A DNA stretch of 64,000 nucleotides from an uncultured Nitrospiraceae bacterium (GTDB lineage Bacteria; Nitrospirota; Nitrospiria; Nitrospirales; Nitrospiraceae): contig CAVSTP010000004.1 of assembly GCA_963730935.1 (NCBI GenBank), positions 544,001-608,000 on the forward strand, written 5' to 3'. A program made the translations under genes and the position numbers. Below are positions 19,335-28,882 of the stretch, piece by piece. Every line of letters starts with the position of its first letter. The first letter of the stretch is position 1. The notes under the pieces were generated by a model. It was not told where the DNA came from and did no database searches. It was given only the letters and a program-made list of their open reading frames with translations.

Positions 19335-19411
19335 ACCGTACCCTGGATCAGTTGCGGGGAAGTAACCTCGATGTTACAGATGTGTTAACTTTTGCTGGGC
19401 AATCCGTTAAC
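19335..19411 (-). promoter_or_regulatory. Putative Pho-box array and -10 for the second pstS
   Basis: Minus strand: GTTAAC(19411)...GTTAAC-N5-TGTAAC-N5-GGTTAC-N5-CGCAAC-N10-TACGGT. Confidence 0.65.
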
Positions 19412-19427
19412 TTTTGATGGGCAATCG
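19384..19427. repeat. 22-bp tandem duplication
   Basis: gttaacttttgctgggcaatcc / gttaacttttgatgggcaatcg (20 of 22 identical). Confidence 0.85.
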
Positions 19428-19440
19428 ATGACTAGGAGGA

Positions 19441-20388
19441 CTACAGGAAGCGGAAGTATTGCACCGTACTATTGCCGGTCGCCTCATCCCGTTGAAGCAC
19501 CACGGTGCCCGATTTGTTGGTCTCACTGACGGTTAACGACATCCGGGCGGAAAAGATATTACTTTTGACGTCGTAGACGCTGAGCAGGCGGAGTTCTTTG
19601 GCGATTTCGGCGAAGCTGCCCACGCGATCCAGATCCTGCACGGTCTTGAAGGGCCGATTTTGAATAATTTCACCCGCCATGGACTGGCTAATACGAGGAT
19701 CCAGCGCCTGCAACACCAGCACATCGGCAGTATTGATGTTGATGCGGCTCTCGCCCTCTTGCGGGTAGACCGTGACATATTGGAGCAGTTTATCCACGAT
19801 CTCGGGCGTCATGCCTTTGATCAATCGCATTTCGCGCATCGTCTGCAGGGGCGCATTGGCCGCACGATAGGAGGGACGCAACGCCTGGTAATAGACCGAC
19901 TCGGCGCCTGACGGTTCAGGAATCTCGTCGGCGTCCACCCAATCTACAATTGCATCCACGAGATCGGGATTGATTTGCAGAAGGTTGAACAGCCGCTTAA
20001 CCCTCAACACTTTCGTTTTCTTCACGTTGGGATCGACGGCCGTCGCCAGATCGTTCAAGTTCAGTTTGCTCCGCTCATCCTGGATCTGAGCCGTCATCAA
20101 GCCGTCACCAATTGCGTATTTCTCGATCGGAAACGCCCAGAGATCCGTCGTAGCGTCGTACATCTGTCCGGTCTGCTTGTCCTTGAGATGGTCCATTTGC
20201 AGTACAGCGCGCGCCGCCTGAACGGCAGCTCTCGTGAGTACAGTCGCTTTGAAGTTGTCCCGAAAGGCCGAGGCCTCACGATATTCACGGCGGGCCTCGC
20301 TGTCGAACTCGAGAATCAGCGCGACGAGGAGAGCCAGGACGAGAATGGCAAGGAGGAGGGCGACGCCTCGTTCATCATGCCTTCGCAT
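19441..20388 (-). CDS. gspK: T2SS minor pseudopilin GspK
   Basis: RG/VALLLA prepilin-like site, DERSKLNLN, DAIVDWVDAD, ININTA. Confidence 0.9.
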   Translation of the reverse strand: MRRHDERGVALLLAILVLALLVALILEFDSEARREYREASAFRDNFKATVLTRAAVQAARAVLQMDHLKDKQTGQMYDATTDLWAFPIEKYAIGDGLMTAQIQDERSKLNLNDLATAVDPNVKKTKVLRVKRLFNLLQINPDLVDAIVDWVDADEIPEPSGAESVYYQALRPSYRAANAPLQTMREMRLIKGMTPEIVDKLLQYVTVYPQEGESRININTADVLVLQALDPRISQSMAGEIIQNRPFKTVQDLDRVGSFAEIAKELRLLSVYDVKSNIFSARMSLTVSETNKSGTVVLQRDEATGNSTVQYFRFL

Positions 20389-20923
20389 AGGACACGATTC
20401 TGAGAGTGGCGTCGAGGTTGACGGGATTGTCGTACTTGGGCTTGATCTGAAGGTGTTGGACCTGCACGTCGTAAGGGGCCTGCTCGAGCGCCACGAGCAG
20501 CGCCAACAATTGGGGCAGTTGAACGCCGTCCAATCGAAGATCGACGGCCGTTTCCTCGTACCCATGCTGCATCGTCGTCTGCTGCGGCTGCATGCCGACA
20601 ATCCGCTCGCGAATCTGGACCGAGGCTGCAGCCTCCTCCATGAAGGTCAACAGAGAAAATTGACCGTCACCGGCCGGCAGCCGCTGTTCCAACTTCGCTA
20701 ACCGGGTCTGCTTGGCGGCATACTCCGCGGCCATGGCGGACAACTCGATGCGTTCCTTGGATTTTTTGACGGTTTGCCGATCGACCTTGTCGATTCTGGT
20801 CATGAGAGGGTCGATCACGATGAGGAACAACAGGCTAGCGATAACCACAGCAGTACCGATCCCCACGATCAGGCGCTCGCGGGCTGCCAGATGCCGCCAA
20901 CGTTCTTGAAGCATCGCCATCAT
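20375..20923 (-). CDS. gspM: T2SS protein GspM
   Basis: W..LAARER followed by one TM and a periplasmic domain; position in the cluster. Confidence 0.8.
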   Translation of the reverse strand: MMAMLQERWRHLAARERLIVGIGTAVVIASLLFLIVIDPLMTRIDKVDRQTVKKSKERIELSAMAAEYAAKQTRLAKLEQRLPAGDGQFSLLTFMEEAAASVQIRERIVGMQPQQTTMQHGYEETAVDLRLDGVQLPQLLALLVALEQAPYDVQVQHLQIKPKYDNPVNLDATLRIVSYAKA

Positions 20924-22494
20924 GGCCGCTGCACCGTATAGGTCAGGCGAAACACTACCTGGTTGGCGGCGGCACCGACGCGCGTATCGCTGACCGACAC
21001 GCCTTGAAATAGCTGGTTCGTCCCAAACGCTTGTTTGATCTTCTCGACGGAATCGAATGAATTGGTTTCGCCCTCAAGATGGACCGAGGCCCCTTCCACC
21101 GTCAGCTCCCGGATCGTCAGGGGAATGCCTGGCGGTAGTTGTTTGGCCAGATCGGACAGGTTCGCCAACACACTGTTGCGGCTGTGGTCGATGACCGCCA
21201 AGCTCTTGTCGAGCTGGGCGACACGATGGCGTGCCACGTCGAGTTCCTCTCCAGGAGACGCCCCTTCACCGAAGGACTGGACGAATTGCGCCTGAAGCCC
21301 TTGTTTCACTTGGGTCAGCGTCGATTGCTTGACCCACACGCGAACCGAGAGATCCGTCAAGGCCAACACTGCGAGAATGAGCCCACCCCAGAGCGCCAGG
21401 CGCTGATCTTTACGTGATTCGCCGGTCCGCGCCGAGGCGGCCTCCGCCGTTGCCGTCAAATCCAGCCCAAGGTCGGAGCCGATCGCCTTGGGCTTCCAGC
21501 GCGGCCTGATAATTTTAGGATGAATCGCAAGGCCAAAGGCTATGGAGAATGCCCGTGGGCAGTTGGCGCCGAATCCTTGTCTGGGACCGACCGGCGTCAA
21601 TCCCAATTCGTGCGCGACATGCCCACCGAGTTCTCGAAGCTTGGAGCCACCACCGGAGACCCAGCAATGCGACAGCCGCTGATGCGCCGCCCCTTCATAG
21701 GCATGTAGCGAGACTCTCAACTCCTTCAGTAACGGCTCGAGCCAACCATCAACCTCCTGCACGGCCATGGCGCGCTTTCGCCGTTCGGCTTCGGCGAAGC
21801 TGCACGCATAACGAACGGCCAGCGCATGAGTCAGGTGGTTTCCACCCCACAGCACGGTGCGAAGCACGGCCGGCCGACCTTCGTGAATGAGGCAGAGGGT
21901 AGTCTTCGTGGCGCCCACGTCGATGATCGCCAGATCACCTGGAACGTGCGCGCCTTCCTCCTGCAGAAACTTGGTCACGGAATACAGCGCCATGCCGTCG
22001 ACGCCGACCACGGCCGGTTTTAAATCTGCGGCTGCAAGGAATTTGAGATGCTCGGCCACCTTATCTTTGGGGGCAGCCGTGATCAATACATCGGCGCCCT
22101 TGGCTTTTTGCCCGTTCCCTGCCGGGCCCCTGGGCGGCAGGACAATACTCCCCATGGCCACGTCATCGAGCGCCATCGGAATCAGATTCTCAACTTCATA
22201 CGGCACCACTTGGTCGAGCTTCGCCGAATCGCGGAAGGGAAAGGACAGGGTACGGATAAAGAGATCTTGGCAGGGGAGGGCCGTGACAATGTCACCGCTC
22301 CCGTAGAGCCCGTTCTGCCACAAGAAATTCCGAAGTTGTCCGGCAAGACGAGCCGGTTCAGCCTGGGCCGGCTTCCCATACGGCAACGGCAGATGGAAAT
22401 ATTCGACGGATTCACGGCCGGACAGCCGACGGCGGAATCGCACCGCCTTGATGGCTGTCTGACCGATATCCAATCCGACGCATTCGCCGATCAT
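20920..22494 (-). CDS. gspL: T2SS GspL (PilM-like actin-fold domain, TM, PilN-like domain)
   Basis: VGLDIG, IIDVGATKT, SGGGSKL; TM near residue 370. Confidence 0.8.
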   Translation of the reverse strand: MIGECVGLDIGQTAIKAVRFRRRLSGRESVEYFHLPLPYGKPAQAEPARLAGQLRNFLWQNGLYGSGDIVTALPCQDLFIRTLSFPFRDSAKLDQVVPYEVENLIPMALDDVAMGSIVLPPRGPAGNGQKAKGADVLITAAPKDKVAEHLKFLAAADLKPAVVGVDGMALYSVTKFLQEEGAHVPGDLAIIDVGATKTTLCLIHEGRPAVLRTVLWGGNHLTHALAVRYACSFAEAERRKRAMAVQEVDGWLEPLLKELRVSLHAYEGAAHQRLSHCWVSGGGSKLRELGGHVAHELGLTPVGPRQGFGANCPRAFSIAFGLAIHPKIIRPRWKPKAIGSDLGLDLTATAEAASARTGESRKDQRLALWGGLILAVLALTDLSVRVWVKQSTLTQVKQGLQAQFVQSFGEGASPGEELDVARHRVAQLDKSLAVIDHSRNSVLANLSDLAKQLPPGIPLTIRELTVEGASVHLEGETNSFDSVEKIKQAFGTNQLFQGVSVSDTRVGAAANQVVFRLTYTVQRP

Positions 22495-22532
22495 GGCGTG
22501 AGCACGCCTCCTGTAGGCATTTGGGTGGTATC

Positions 22533-23435
22533 TTACAGGGTTAGCTTGGGATTTGCGAACGATCCGCCAAGTTTGAACGTCAACGGCGTCCCCGGGGGAA
22601 GCGGCGGAATAGGCAAATTCCCAGCCTTTTGAGCCCATCCCGCACCGGCCAGCACAGTGACCGTCACTTCGAGCATGCTCGATTGGACCGGCTGGCGGAG
22701 CAGCAGACGGCCTTGGGCGGTGATCGTCCCATCCGGTCCATCGCCCTTAAAATCCGTGATGTCGCAGACCGCATCGTGACACGTGAGTGCCGCTGTCACG
22801 CGGGAAAAGTTCAACGAAGGAATGGCGGCAGGTCCGAGAGGGATCCGCTCCAGAACCAAATCCTTAATCTCGGCCTTCCATGAGCCATCGCCTTTAAAGA
22901 CGACGCCTTCCTTTCCTCGGCTCTCCCACCGGTGCATGACGTCGGCCTGCAGCAGTCCCCTCGTCACGTACGGCTTGATCACCGAGGCCAGATCCACCTG
23001 CTGCGCATGCGCCTTCAGCGAGACCGGACCGAGAAAGGACCAGGATGCAGCATTGACCGTGCCTGTCGCTCTCGCAGTCCCCGCTTGACCACCGCCGGGA
23101 AATTGCACAACGGCATCCACCGTCTGCTGGCCCATCAGCAACCCGAGCACGCCGACGTTGAGGCGCATCAGTTGGACAGAAATACTGGCTCCGCCAGGCT
23201 TTGTCCAAGTCAGATCGCGCCACTCCACTGCAAGGGGGAGACCGGGAGACCAGTCCGCGGCACGAATGTCCCAGCCCGTCGCTCGAATCAGCTCAGAGAG
23301 CACTCTCGACTGCAGAATGCCAAAGGGGAAGGTGAGGAACAAAAAGACCAGCAGGCTCACAATCCCTCCTGCAACCCAAGCCAAGGGCTCCTTTTTGAGT
23401 GTAAATGTCGTCGGCCAAGGAAGCCGGGCGATCAT
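22533..23435 (-). CDS. gspN: T2SS protein GspN
   Basis: N-terminal TM ending LTFP, beta-rich body, GSFANPKL end. Confidence 0.75.
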   Translation of the reverse strand: MIARLPWPTTFTLKKEPLAWVAGGIVSLLVFLFLTFPFGILQSRVLSELIRATGWDIRAADWSPGLPLAVEWRDLTWTKPGGASISVQLMRLNVGVLGLLMGQQTVDAVVQFPGGGQAGTARATGTVNAASWSFLGPVSLKAHAQQVDLASVIKPYVTRGLLQADVMHRWESRGKEGVVFKGDGSWKAEIKDLVLERIPLGPAAIPSLNFSRVTAALTCHDAVCDITDFKGDGPDGTITAQGRLLLRQPVQSSMLEVTVTVLAGAGWAQKAGNLPIPPLPPGTPLTFKLGGSFANPKLTL

Positions 23436-24067
23436 GACTTTACCCCGACCATCACCCATTGACGGAAGGTGCGCATTTCCTCTGAAGGGTCCTGTGCGTT
23501 GTCCTGGGTCAAGATCAGTTCGATCAGGATCGCGCGGGGCGTAGACGTTCTTGCCCGGCCGTCCCATTCATCCAACCAGGCATTGGCTTGGGAGTCGAAA
23601 TACCGAATATTGAAGCCCTTGACGAGGCTGGCCAGCTCGAATTGATCCAGACTCTCGTCGGTGACACCATAAATGTTGCGCCTGATGAACCGCAGCAGAC
23701 GATCGTCTTCCCTCGTATAGACGATACGAACCATCTCCGACTCTTGCACCGACTCGCCGCCGCGGAACTGTCCCAAGGTATTAAACGCAAGCGTGTCAGC
23801 CGGCTGCCCGTCCCTCGTCGCATTGATACCCATCATGGGTCCGATGGAGGTCGTGACCGCTGTGGATATCTCCTCGGACATGATCCGTAAGGTGCTGCGC
23901 AACAGCTGCTCGCGCGCCGCGGAACGTCTGGCGCCATCCATGGCAACGGTGCTCAAATGCAACGAGCCAAAGACCATGGCTGCGATGACCGCGACAAGCG
24001 CAGTGGCCAGCAGTACCTCCACGAGCGTGAAAGCGTCCTCAGAATCCAGCCGTGGTCGCAAATACAT
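23432..24067 (-). CDS. gspJ: T2SS minor pseudopilin GspJ
   Basis: A/FTLVEVLLA, F.IRYFD...W...W...PRAI. Confidence 0.85.
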   Translation of the reverse strand: MYLRPRLDSEDAFTLVEVLLATALVAVIAAMVFGSLHLSTVAMDGARRSAAREQLLRSTLRIMSEEISTAVTTSIGPMMGINATRDGQPADTLAFNTLGQFRGGESVQESEMVRIVYTREDDRLLRFIRRNIYGVTDESLDQFELASLVKGFNIRYFDSQANAWLDEWDGRARTSTPRAILIELILTQDNAQDPSEEMRTFRQWVMVGVKS

Positions 24068-24470
24068 AGGTGCTGGCCTCCAGCACTTCATCGGTCGCTC
24101 CTTGCTGCCAGAGAATCTGGATTTTTACTTCGCGAACGGACGTCAAGGGCGTCGTCGTGATGATGCGCTTCCATCGATACTGTTCAGCCCGATTCGCGAC
24201 GTCGCCGGGCACTTGGTAGCCTGGTGGGGGATTGCGGAAATCGCCGGTGGTTTCTCCGATCGGATAGACAGGACTGAGCTCCGCCTCGATCAGTTTCTCC
24301 TGAGCCAACATCGTGGCGGCAGTAATGTCGGCCGCCCGGGAATGAAGATTGAGGTCCCAATTGCGCAACCCGAGAAGAATCGGCATGGCCAGGGCCAGAA
24401 TCGCCATGGCAATCAGTACCTCGAAGAGGGTAAAGCCCTGAGCGTCGGTTGCCGACGAACGCCGCATCAT
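24039..24470 (-). CDS. gspI: T2SS minor pseudopilin GspI
   Basis: G/FTLFEVLIAMAILA. Confidence 0.85.
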   Translation of the reverse strand: MMRRSSATDAQGFTLFEVLIAMAILALAMPILLGLRNWDLNLHSRAADITAATMLAQEKLIEAELSPVYPIGETTGDFRNPPPGYQVPGDVANRAEQYRWKRIITTTPLTSVREVKIQILWQQGATDEVLEASTYVFATTAGF

Positions 24471-24497
24471 CTGCTCGTGCTGCTCATTGCGCTCATC

Positions 24498-25169
24498 CTA
24501 CTTAGTGGATGAAATACCTTGTTTGGGGACGGGCAATCCCGGTCGAATCCCGGGCGTGACCGGCTGAAGCAACGGCCGGATCCGGTCGGGAATAGTCCAG
24601 GGTCTCGGCGGGTCGATTCGGTGATCCGTGATGCGGATCATCGACGTTACAGGCTCCACGAAGACGCCCATGATGTTATTGTTGACGTCGGTCAAATGCA
24701 CGATCGCCTGATCGATCCGGCCGTTCGGGTAGAAGAAAATCTCCACGCGGCCCGTTTCTCTTCTGTTGACACCCACCTGGACATCGGCGAATCGGATCGT
24801 CTCGGGCAAGGTGATCGGCATGGCCCAGGTCGGATCGAGCGGAATCTTTTCCTCTTTGCCGTCCAGGACCATCGGCCAATACATGCCCCGGTCAATATCG
24901 ACATACAGTCGAACGGTCTTCTGGCCCATCATCGCGAGTTCCTGAAAAGACTTCATCGCCCCCACCCATTTGCGTCCAACACTACCGAGATTGTCGCCGA
25001 TCGAAAGCCTCGGTATGACCATGCTGAGCATTCCGACCATCAGGAACAACACGAGCGCAATTTCCAGCATCGTGAAACCGCCCGAGGAGCGCCAATCCTG
25101 GACGCACGGGGTGAGGCCCTCCGACGACCACGGTCGCCACGGCGTGTGCACGGAAGCTTTGACGGTCAT
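24498..25169 (-). CDS. gspH: T2SS minor pseudopilin GspH
   Basis: G/FTMLEIALV; IFFYPNG. Confidence 0.8.
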   Translation of the reverse strand: MTVKASVHTPWRPWSSEGLTPCVQDWRSSGGFTMLEIALVLFLMVGMLSMVIPRLSIGDNLGSVGRKWVGAMKSFQELAMMGQKTVRLYVDIDRGMYWPMVLDGKEEKIPLDPTWAMPITLPETIRFADVQVGVNRRETGRVEIFFYPNGRIDQAIVHLTDVNNNIMGVFVEPVTSMIRITDHRIDPPRPWTIPDRIRPLLQPVTPGIRPGLPVPKQGISSTK

Positions 25170-25175
25170 TCGCCC

Positions 25176-25676
25176 TTAATCCTTGTCCATGTTCCAGTTG
25201 GTAATATCGGCGTTCACACCTTCACCGCCGGCTTCTCCGTCCGTTGCATAGGAGGTAATTTCGTAATCGCCTTTCACTTGCCCGTATTGTCCCTGCTGCA
25301 CAGGGGCCGGGCTCAGGTACTTGTAGGGATTGCCCCACGGATCTTCAGGAATACTGGGGAGATAGCCGCCCAACTTCCATTTTTTCGGCACCATGCCGAC
25401 CGAGGGCTTTTCGACCAGAGACTTGAGGCCTTGCTCGGTCGAAGGGTAGACGCCGTTGTCCAGCTTATACAGCTGAAGAGCGCCCTCGATGTTTCGAATC
25501 TGTACCTTCGCCGCCGTACGCTTGGCATCGTCCGTTCGTCCCATGATGCGTGGAACGACCAGGGCGGCCAGGATGGCAAGGATCGCCACCACCACCATGA
25601 TCTCGATGAATGTGAAGCCGCGCTCCGCTCGAAGGATCGTGCTATAGGTCATTTCTGTGTCTCTCTCTGCGTGCAC
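25176..25676 (-). CDS. gspG: T2SS major pseudopilin GspG
   Basis: RG/FTFIEIMVV, YKLDNG.YP.TEQGL, DPWGNPY, ADITNW. Confidence 0.95.
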   Translation of the reverse strand: MHAERDTEMTYSTILRAERGFTFIEIMVVVAILAILAALVVPRIMGRTDDAKRTAAKVQIRNIEGALQLYKLDNGVYPSTEQGLKSLVEKPSVGMVPKKWKLGGYLPSIPEDPWGNPYKYLSPAPVQQGQYGQVKGDYEITSYATDGEAGGEGVNADITNWNMDKD

Positions 25677-25702
25677 CGGTCGCCTCCTTCAATAAAAACC
25701 GT

Positions 25703-26944
25703 TTACTTGACCATCTGGCCCATTTCGAAGATGGGCAGCAGAATCGCCACCACGATGAACAGCACGATGACCCCCATGACCACGATCATCACCGGCTCCA
25801 GCAACGATGTAAATCGAGTGATCACTCGATCGACCTCACCGTCATAGATCTGCCCGATCCGGCGCAGCATCTCCTCCATCTCGCCACTCTTTTCACCCAC
25901 GGCAATCATGTGCGTCACCAACGGCGGGAACTGGCCGCTTCGCTTTAAGGGCTCCGCAATCGTTTCGCCTTCCCGAATGTTCTGCCGGGCTTCTTCCACG
26001 GCATGTTCGAGCACTCGGTTGTTCATGACGCGTCTCGACACATCCAGCGCTTCCAACAGCTGCACGCCGCTGGACAACATGGTGGCCAACGTGCTGGCAA
26101 GCCGGGAAATCGACACCATGCGGGCCACCTGACCGATCAGCGGCAGCTTGAGCAGCCACCGGTCCGTCATGAGCTGACCGGTTTCCGTTTTCTTCACACG
26201 GCGGACGCTCCAGAGGCCCACCAGAATCATTCCCAACAGCACCATCCAATAGTCGGAACAAAAGCGGCTGACCTCCATCAACACCACGGTCGGCCACGGC
26301 AACGCCTGTTTGGAATGCGCAAACACCGCTGTGATCTTCGGCACGACGAACGTCACTAGAAAAAACAGCACCAGGGTGCCGACGACCAGCATGATGGCGG
26401 GGTAGAGGATGGCATTCGTCACTTTGTGTTTGAGGGCCAATTGTTTTTCCAGGAACTCAGCCAAGCGGAACAAGATCTGGTCGAGGGCGCCGCTGGCTTC
26501 CCCAGCGCGCACCATATGGACATAAATAGAAGAGAAGTCCCGGGGATAGCGCTCGAGGACGGCGCTGTACGAGGCGCCTCCACGTATGGCTTCCCGGACA
26601 TCGGCGATCAGCCCCTTGATCGCCTTTTTTTCGGTCTGGTCCATGAGCACGCCCAACGCATCGACGAGCGGCAGACCGGCGACCAGCAGGGTGGCCAGTT
26701 GCCGCGTCATCAAGGCCACATCGGTGACCGTCAAAATCTGCGAGCGGTGGCCAAGGCTGGCACCAGACGCCGGCTCAGACCGGCTGCTCATTCCCCTGGT
26801 GGCACCTTCCTGTTCCGCCATCTCGGTGGGGAAGACGCCGTCTTTACGCAGTTTCAGACGGGCGACCTTGGGGCTTTCGGCATCGACGATGCCGGTCGCA
26901 GCCGCACCGTCCGCCTTAAACCCTCGATATTGATAGACCGGCAT
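25703..26944 (-). CDS. gspF: T2SS inner-membrane platform GspF
   Basis: TRQLATLL.AGLP, AGEASG.L, VGEKSG, LLEP, AILLPI. Confidence 0.95.
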   Translation of the reverse strand: MPVYQYRGFKADGAAATGIVDAESPKVARLKLRKDGVFPTEMAEQEGATRGMSSRSEPASGASLGHRSQILTVTDVALMTRQLATLLVAGLPLVDALGVLMDQTEKKAIKGLIADVREAIRGGASYSAVLERYPRDFSSIYVHMVRAGEASGALDQILFRLAEFLEKQLALKHKVTNAILYPAIMLVVGTLVLFFLVTFVVPKITAVFAHSKQALPWPTVVLMEVSRFCSDYWMVLLGMILVGLWSVRRVKKTETGQLMTDRWLLKLPLIGQVARMVSISRLASTLATMLSSGVQLLEALDVSRRVMNNRVLEHAVEEARQNIREGETIAEPLKRSGQFPPLVTHMIAVGEKSGEMEEMLRRIGQIYDGEVDRVITRFTSLLEPVMIVVMGVIVLFIVVAILLPIFEMGQMVK

Positions 26945-26948
26945 GCGG

Positions 26949-28679
26949 CTAGACCTCGACCTCTTGCTGTGTCATGCGCATGACCTCTTCAGTGGTCGTG
27001 ATACCAGCGAAGATTTTTTCTGCGGCTTCCTCTTTCAACAGCACCATGCCGCGGGACACAGCGGCCTGCCGAATGGCGGCAGCATCGGATTTGCTGCCGA
27101 TCAACCGGCGAACTTCGTCGTCCAGCACGAGCAGCTCATGAATGCCGGTACGGCCGCGATAGCCGGTCTGCGTGCAGGCCGGACAGCCGGTGCCGCGAAA
27201 AAACGTCGGTTTACTCTTCCCCGGCACCACGCCAAGCCTGATCAGTTCTTCGTCATCTGGCTGATAGGCCTGCTTGCAATCAGGACAGACCTTCCGGATC
27301 AGCCGCTGCGCCAGGACCGCAACGACAGACGACGCCACGAGAAACGGCTCGATTCCCATATCGATCAGCCGTGTGGCGGCGCTGGCCGCATCATTGGTGT
27401 GCAGCGTCGAGAACACCAGGTGGCCGGTGAGTGAGGCGTGGATGGCGATCTCGGCCGTTTCCCGGTCGCGGATCTCTCCGATCATGATGACGTCCGGATC
27501 CTGGCGTAGGATCGACCGCAGCCCAGCCGCAAACGTCAGGTTGATCTTGGGATTGACCTGCATCTGTCCGATGCCGAGAAGCTGATACTCGACGGGATCT
27601 TCGACGGTGATGATGTTCTTGTCCGGCGCATTGATTTCGCTCAGCGCCGCATACAATGTGGTCGTTTTCCCGCTTCCGGTCGGTCCGGTCACGAGGAGAA
27701 TCCCGTGCGTGAGCCGAATGAGCTGTTGGATCGTGTGGAGCCGGTCCGGTGAAAATCCCATTTCGGAAAGGTTCAGCAGACGGTTTTCCTTCTCGAGCAA
27801 ACGCAGCACCACTCGCTCTCCGTGAGACGTGGGAAGTACCGAGACCCGGAGGTCCACGTCCTTGCCCGCCGTTCGTATGGCGAAGCGGCCATCCTGCGGT
27901 AACCGCTTTTCTGCAATGTTCAGCCCCGACATGATTTTCAGACGGGCAATGATGCTCGACTGCAGATGTTTAGGGGGCGTCAGAATGGGGTAGAGCACAC
28001 CGTCAATGCGGTAGCGGACGACCAGACCTCGTTCGAACGATTCGAAGTGAATGTCACTGGCGCGTTGGCGGACGGCCTGGAAGAGGACCGAGTTGACCAG
28101 CCTGATGATCGGCGCTTCATCGGTCGCGTCCAGCAAGTCTTGTGGCTCGTCCAGTTCATGCGCGATCTTGTCCAAATTCTCGCTGGCGGCAATGTCCTCC
28201 ATGACCTGTTCGGCGCCGGTCGGACTTGCGACATCGTCATATGCACGATTAAGGCAAGACATCAGGGACATGGCGCTCGTCAACACGGCCTTCACCGGCA
28301 TGCCGAGCAGCAGCCGCAGGTCGTCGAGGGCCGCGGTCTCCAAGGGGTCCGTGGTGGCGACGACGATCGCCCCGTCGTCGACTTTCAACGGCAGCACCCG
28401 GTACCGCCGCGCAAAATGGATCGGCACCTTCTTGATCCATTGATGATCGACTTGTGCCACATCCAAATGGGGCAGCCAGGGCATCTCGAACTGAATGGCT
28501 AACGCCTGGAGGAGCAGATCCTCTTCGATGGCCCTGATCTTGAGCAAGGCTTCGCCGAGACGGCCGCCTTTGGTCTGCTGGATGTTCAATGCCTCCAGCA
28601 GCTTGGCCTCGGAAAGTCCGAATTTTTGCTCGAGGATGGCCCCGAGCAAGGGTCTGGTCACAGGTGTGTGTTTAGCCAC
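26949..28679 (-). CDS. gspE: T2SS ATPase GspE
   Basis: ASDIH, RLPQDG, GPTGSGKT, LRQDPD, tetra-Cys zinc motif. Confidence 0.95.
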   Translation of the reverse strand: MAKHTPVTRPLLGAILEQKFGLSEAKLLEALNIQQTKGGRLGEALLKIRAIEEDLLLQALAIQFEMPWLPHLDVAQVDHQWIKKVPIHFARRYRVLPLKVDDGAIVVATTDPLETAALDDLRLLLGMPVKAVLTSAMSLMSCLNRAYDDVASPTGAEQVMEDIAASENLDKIAHELDEPQDLLDATDEAPIIRLVNSVLFQAVRQRASDIHFESFERGLVVRYRIDGVLYPILTPPKHLQSSIIARLKIMSGLNIAEKRLPQDGRFAIRTAGKDVDLRVSVLPTSHGERVVLRLLEKENRLLNLSEMGFSPDRLHTIQQLIRLTHGILLVTGPTGSGKTTTLYAALSEINAPDKNIITVEDPVEYQLLGIGQMQVNPKINLTFAAGLRSILRQDPDVIMIGEIRDRETAEIAIHASLTGHLVFSTLHTNDAASAATRLIDMGIEPFLVASSVVAVLAQRLIRKVCPDCKQAYQPDDEELIRLGVVPGKSKPTFFRGTGCPACTQTGYRGRTGIHELLVLDDEVRRLIGSKSDAAAIRQAAVSRGMVLLKEEAAEKIFAGITTTEEVMRMTQQEVEV

Positions 28680-28882
28680 CAGTCTGTCCGTTCATGTCAA
28701 TCCTGGGGTTTGTCCTACCCCATCTGTCAGGCTCAAGATCACGTAACTGCCAGAAAGATCATAAGTTACTCCTGTCCACGGGCCCTGACAAGCAGCGAGA
28801 GCTATAGCGCCCTCATCTGGGAGGATACCCAGGGATCCAAGCGGGTGTGGCGGATAAGAGGAAGACCTCGATGCCCCGACAA

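Noticed and set aside
19384..19427. Tandem repeat as a CRISPR remnant
   Set aside because: Two adjacent copies with no spacer and no cas genes.
28680..28882. gspD remnant between gspC and gspE
   Set aside because: No secretin-like sequence recognisable on the minus strand.
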